Translations under genes and position numbers: made by a program
Notes under the pieces: generated by a model
Seen by the model: the letters and a program-made list of their open reading frames with translations, nothing else
What the model was told of the DNA's origin: nothing
The model's database searches: none
DNA from: Proteobacteria bacterium UBA4457
GTDB taxonomy: Bacteria; Pseudomonadota; Gammaproteobacteria; Ga0077536
Assembly: GCA_002390205.1 (NCBI GenBank)
Contig: DGOV01000079.1
Location: forward strand, 2,563-58,067
Length of the DNA: 55,505 bases
Direction of reading: 5' to 3'
Part shown: positions 53,368-55,505 of the stretch, piece after piece
Layout of the letters: each line of letters begins with the position of its first letter
Position numbering within the stretch: position 1 is the first letter of the stretch

Positions 53368-54041
53368 CCGTTTTTGTTACAGGGACGGATACTGGTTGCG
53401 GCAAAACCTATATTAGCGGTCTTTTAATCAGAGCAGCGATTTTTTCGGGTTACAGCGCTTGTGGGATGAAGCCTATTGCTACCGGGTCACTGCAGGGCGA
53501 GAACGAGGACGTTGCTAAGCTGCTAGAGGCGTCTTCCGTAGAAATGCCCCTTAAAGACAGAGCGGTTTATTCTTTTGAGCCTCCCTGCTCACCACATATC
53601 GCCGCAAGTCAGGCGGGAAGGATTATATCTTTTCCCAAGATAGAAGAGGCCTATAAAAGATGTGCATCTGTGGCAGATGTGGTTGTAGTCGAGGGGGTCG
53701 GTGGATGGAAGGTTCCTCTCGGGCAAGGTTTGTTTGTTGAAGATCTGGCTTTGTTTTTGAAGTTGCCCGTGGTGTTGGTCGTAGGAGTTAAGTTAGGTTG
53801 TATTAACCATGCGGTTTTAGCGGCGCAATCAATTGTTGATTCGGGCGTTCCTTTTCTGGGTTGGGTTGCTAACCAAACAGAATTAGATCTTTATGCGGCA
53901 GACGATGTGGTGAGTTTTTTAAGCGAAAGTATTGAAGCCCCTCTTCTCTTCCAGACAAAATGGGGGATGCCTCTTGAGCAATCGTATGCGAAGGCCTCCT
54001 TTTGTATAGAGAATCTTTGTAGAGAAATAACAACTTTATAG
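53364..54041 (+). CDS. bioD: Dethiobiotin synthetase
   Basis: FVTGTDTGCGKT, KPIATG, SPH, VEGVGG, LGCINHA. Confidence 0.95.
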   Translation: MTVFVTGTDTGCGKTYISGLLIRAAIFSGYSACGMKPIATGSLQGENEDVAKLLEASSVEMPLKDRAVYSFEPPCSPHIAASQAGRIISFPKIEEAYKRCASVADVVVVEGVGGWKVPLGQGLFVEDLALFLKLPVVLVVGVKLGCINHAVLAAQSIVDSGVPFLGWVANQTELDLYAADDVVSFLSESIEAPLLFQTKWGMPLEQSYAKASFCIENLCREITTL

Positions 54042-54274
54042 CGACTTCTTACCTGGGAGAGAGATAAACCCACATTTTGTGGTTAACGCGAGAATAAAAA
54101 GAAGGTAACATAGACCTCGCTAATGATCCCTGCTGGGATATTCAGCGTAAAATTTATTGAGAAGCTAGCATAATATTTTATGTAGAATAGCGACTCTAAA
54201 ACAGATTAAATAGGGCATCCTCAACATTAACTTGCGTGCCTTGGTTGAGCCAAATGGTGCGGAGACGGAACTAA

Positions 54275-55132
54275 ATGAACTTTTTAAAGAAATATGCTTC
54301 TTATGCGTTTTTATACTTCAGTGTCTTTCCTCTTTCAGTTTTTGCTGATTGGGAGCTGAACTTACCTAGGGGGGTGACTCCTTTTAGTCAAGAGATTTAT
54401 GACCTCCATATGTATGTGCTCTGGATTATGTGTGCTATAGGAGTTGTCGTTTTCAGCGCTATGTTCTATTCGATACTGGTGCATCGGAAGTCTCGCGGGG
54501 CCAAAGCGGCAAATTGGCACCACAGCACAAAAGTAGAGATTGTTTGGACAGTTATACCCTTTGTCATACTTATAGCAGTCGCTGTTCCTGCGACGCGCTC
54601 TTTGATAATGATGGAAGATGTAGGCAATGCGGATATGACCATTAAGGTCACGGGTTACCAGTGGAAATGGCACTATGATTACATTGGGACAGAAGTGGAC
54701 TTTTTCAGTACTATCGAAGAAAAATCAAACACTGCTCGACGACGTGGCTCCAACATCGATCCTTTTGAAGTAGAGCATTATTTGCGCGATGTAGACAACT
54801 ACCTTGTCGTTCCGACAAATAAAAAAATAAGGTTCTTAACTACGGCAGGAGACGTAATACATGCTTGGTGGGTACCCGCGCTCGGCTGGAAGAGAGATGC
54901 GATTCCTGGGTTTATAAACGAATCTTGGGCATTTATAAAAGAACCCGGAGTATATCGCGGACAATGCGCCGAGCTTTGCGGGAAGGACCACGGGTTTATG
55001 CCGATTGTGGTTAGAGCCGTGCCGGAGGGTGAATATATTGCCTGGGTCGAGCAACAATCACAGGCAAGGGCTCTTGCAAGCGAGCAAAAGAATTCGAGAA
55101 ATCTCTTGGCTAGAACGCGAACTGATCAGTGA
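54275..55132 (+). CDS. coxB: Cytochrome c oxidase subunit II
   Basis: VEIVWTVIP, TGYQWKWHY, CuA ligands DVIHAW...CAELCGKDHGFM. Confidence 0.96.
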   Translation: MNFLKKYASYAFLYFSVFPLSVFADWELNLPRGVTPFSQEIYDLHMYVLWIMCAIGVVVFSAMFYSILVHRKSRGAKAANWHHSTKVEIVWTVIPFVILIAVAVPATRSLIMMEDVGNADMTIKVTGYQWKWHYDYIGTEVDFFSTIEEKSNTARRRGSNIDPFEVEHYLRDVDNYLVVPTNKKIRFLTTAGDVIHAWWVPALGWKRDAIPGFINESWAFIKEPGVYRGQCAELCGKDHGFMPIVVRAVPEGEYIAWVEQQSQARALASEQKNSRNLLARTRTDQ

Positions 55133-55194
55133 AGGCAGCCTAGAATGAAAATAAATTTTTTCACTACAATAGAAACTAATTTAGAGGTTAGATC

Positions 55195-55505
55195 ATGAGT
55201 GAGGCCGCGGCGCACGACGACCACCACGACGCACAATCCACCGGATTAATGCGTTGGTTAACGACAACAAACCATAAAGACATCGGAACACTATATTTAC
55301 TCTTCTCCCTTACGATGTTTTTTATTGGCGGTTCCATGGCAATGGTTATTAGGCTTGAGCTGTTCCAGCCTGGCTTGCAGTTTGTTGACCCGCAATTTTA
55401 TAATTCTATGACTACCATGCATGCTCTGATTATGATCTTTGGGGCGGTTATGCCTGCGTGGACCGGTTTTGCTAACTGGATGATTCCGATGATGATCGGC
55501 GCGCC
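55195..55505 (+). CDS. coxA: Cytochrome c oxidase subunit I, truncated by the window end
   Basis: Not in ORF track. ATG 55195 gives MSEAAAHDDHH...RWLTTTNHKDIGTLY...TMHALIMIFGAVMPA...NWMIPMMIGA. Confidence 0.95.
   Translation, partial: MSEAAAHDDHHDAQSTGLMRWLTTTNHKDIGTLYLLFSLTMFFIGGSMAMVIRLELFQPGLQFVDPQFYNSMTTMHALIMIFGAVMPAWTGFANWMIPMMIGA

Overview
Core chromosomal segment around the replication origin of a compact, moderately AT-rich gammaproteobacterium. Gene order resembles Pseudomonas/Xanthomonas, but several usual accessory neighbours are missing. Left to right: rsfS(partial)-nadD-proA-holA-lptE-leuS (minus); phoBR converging on phoU-pstB-pstA-pstC, with clear Pho boxes but no pstS; a SAM methyltransferase; rhodanese-typA; an esterase / flavodoxin-like / Rieske oxygenase trio; hemF; hisBH; the dsbD-tlpA-aroQ-accBC-prmA-dusB-fis-purHD run (minus); fxsA; two aminotransferases; an ELM1/GtrOC1 + GT4 + GT9 LPS-type cluster; mnmE-yidC-rnpA-rpmH; dnaA-oriC-dnaN-recF-gyrB; bioBFCD; coxB-coxA(partial). 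Non-coding signals read directly from the sequence: oriC between dnaA and dnaN (DnaA boxes, IHF site, trio-like repeats), two parS palindromes inside recF, a triple Pho box at pstC, and an exact 19-bp tandem duplication of the phoB Pho box. I saw no rRNA, tRNA, CRISPR array, prophage, IS or defence system. I found no unambiguous new system. The best candidates for undescribed biology are the reductase-less Rieske module, the ELM1-type glycosyltransferase cluster and the pstS-less pst locus with its methyltransferase. Product calls are from recognised motifs and synteny, not database searches.
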